Of a stretch of DNA of 64,000 nucleotides, positions 63,062-64,000 are shown piece after piece. Origin of the DNA: Rebecca billardiae RCC1528 (lineage: Eukaryota > Protista > Haptophyta). Where the stretch lies: positions 1,860,001-1,924,000 of the forward strand of contig OZ251230.1 of assembly GCA_965240325.2 (NCBI GenBank), given 5' to 3'. Position numbers and translations under genes: made by a program. Every line of letters begins with the position of its first letter. Within the stretch, counting starts at the first letter, position 1. Below the pieces are notes generated by a model that saw only the letters and a list, made by a program, of their open reading frames with translations, did not search any database and was not told the DNA's origin.

Positions 63062-64000
63062 GACACCCTTGGTTTCTCCACCAAGGGTGTCCAGGCAAGG
63101 GTGTCCAGGGTCCGCAACAGCCAGTGCGCAGCGCGGGAGGCTGTGTCATCGCGAGGTCGCCGCTCGCCAGTGGCACTCGCCCGCCCGCCGCCGTGCACGG
63201 CGGCGGAGCCGCTCGCGCCGTGCGCTCCTGCGGCCGTCGGATCGGGCTGCGTAGGCGGCGCGCGGCTTGGGCCGTCGCTGAGCCACCCAGCGCCCCTCGC
63301 TGCGCCGCGCGCCTTCCTCGTCCTCGCCTCCTCCGCGCCTTGAAGCAGCACGCACACGCGCGGCGCCGCCACAAAAGCAGCGCAGGCGCTCGCGTGCAAG
63401 CGCGCGCGCGCAGCGCGCGACGGGCTCGACTCAGGGCTCGCGCCGCTGCGGGGGCATGCAGCACCATCACATGCGCGCGCGACGCCACCTCGAACTTGCG
63501 CATCGCTGTGACCGTCACGCGCCAAATGCTCACACGTCCTCGTGTTGAAGTAGGCCCAATCTGACCAGAACCTGCCATGCGTCAGGACGACTTCTTAGGC
63601 AAGACACGATGACAGCTACGTACGCGGCGCTTCTCAGCAAGCGTGGAGACCACAAGAGAAGCGCACGCAAGCATGACCGTCCCCGCATCGATCGCGTCGA
63701 CGTACTCAAGGCCCGTTGTGGAAGCTTCCGTCGCACGTGTGATGATGCCAAGTCAGACCATTTTGTAACGTGCATCAGCGTGCACTGACGGTCAAACGCG
63801 CAGGCTCGAGGTGGCGTCGCGCGCGCATGTGATAGCACTGCATGTCCCCGCAGAGGCTCGAACACCGAGTCGAGTCCGTCGCGCGCTGCGCGCGCGCGCT
63901 TGCACGCGAGCGCCTGCGCTGCTTTTGTGGCGGCGCCGCGCGTGTGCGTGCTGCTTCAAGGCGCGGAGGAGGCGAGGACGAGGAAGGCGCGCGGCGCAGC
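63062..64000. mobile_element. Foldback / MULE-like element with long inverted arms, runs off the window
   Basis: 63299-63517 is the inverted copy of 63786-64000, with the outer ~130 bp near-identical. Hairpin GACACCCTTGG/CCAAGGGTGTC at 63062-63091. The left boundary is uncertain. Confidence 0.75.

Overview
Very GC-rich, gene-dense eukaryotic nuclear DNA. It has GT-AG introns, a signal-plus-transit-peptide protein and TTAGGG motifs, which fits an alga with a complex red plastid such as a Pavlovales-type haptophyte (inference). About 20 host genes can be read: two sulfotransferase-like proteins, a C-type lectin, a GT4-like glycosyltransferase, FAN1, a PhyH-like dioxygenase, an RCC1+Sfi1-like protein, a class I methyltransferase, an ankyrin protein with a partial duplicate, a CaMK-like kinase with DFG->SFG, DUF493, a beta-propeller, a PC-esterase/TBL-like protein, ARM-BTB, a HopQ1/XopQ-like nucleoside hydrolase-fold protein, a PEBP-domain membrane protein, DUF3228 and a carbonyl-reductase SDR. 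Many transposons lie between them. The most striking system is a set of four non-autonomous elements from two sequence families with one shared end architecture: A|TGG start, an 11-13 bp asymmetric inverted repeat, a conserved CAACGnAGTT motif, a terminal 7-bp-stem/3-nt-loop hairpin and a TCA|T end. This suggests rolling-circle (HUH; Helitron2/Helentron- or Replitron-like) mobilisation. One element is nested in another, and a neighbouring copy preserves the empty site, which defines the AT target. Also present: a TA-flanked TIR element 1 nt upstream of a start codon, an internally deleted Copia element with apparently identical LTRs, several MITEs and a foldback element. Family assignments come from motif recognition by eye, not database searches.
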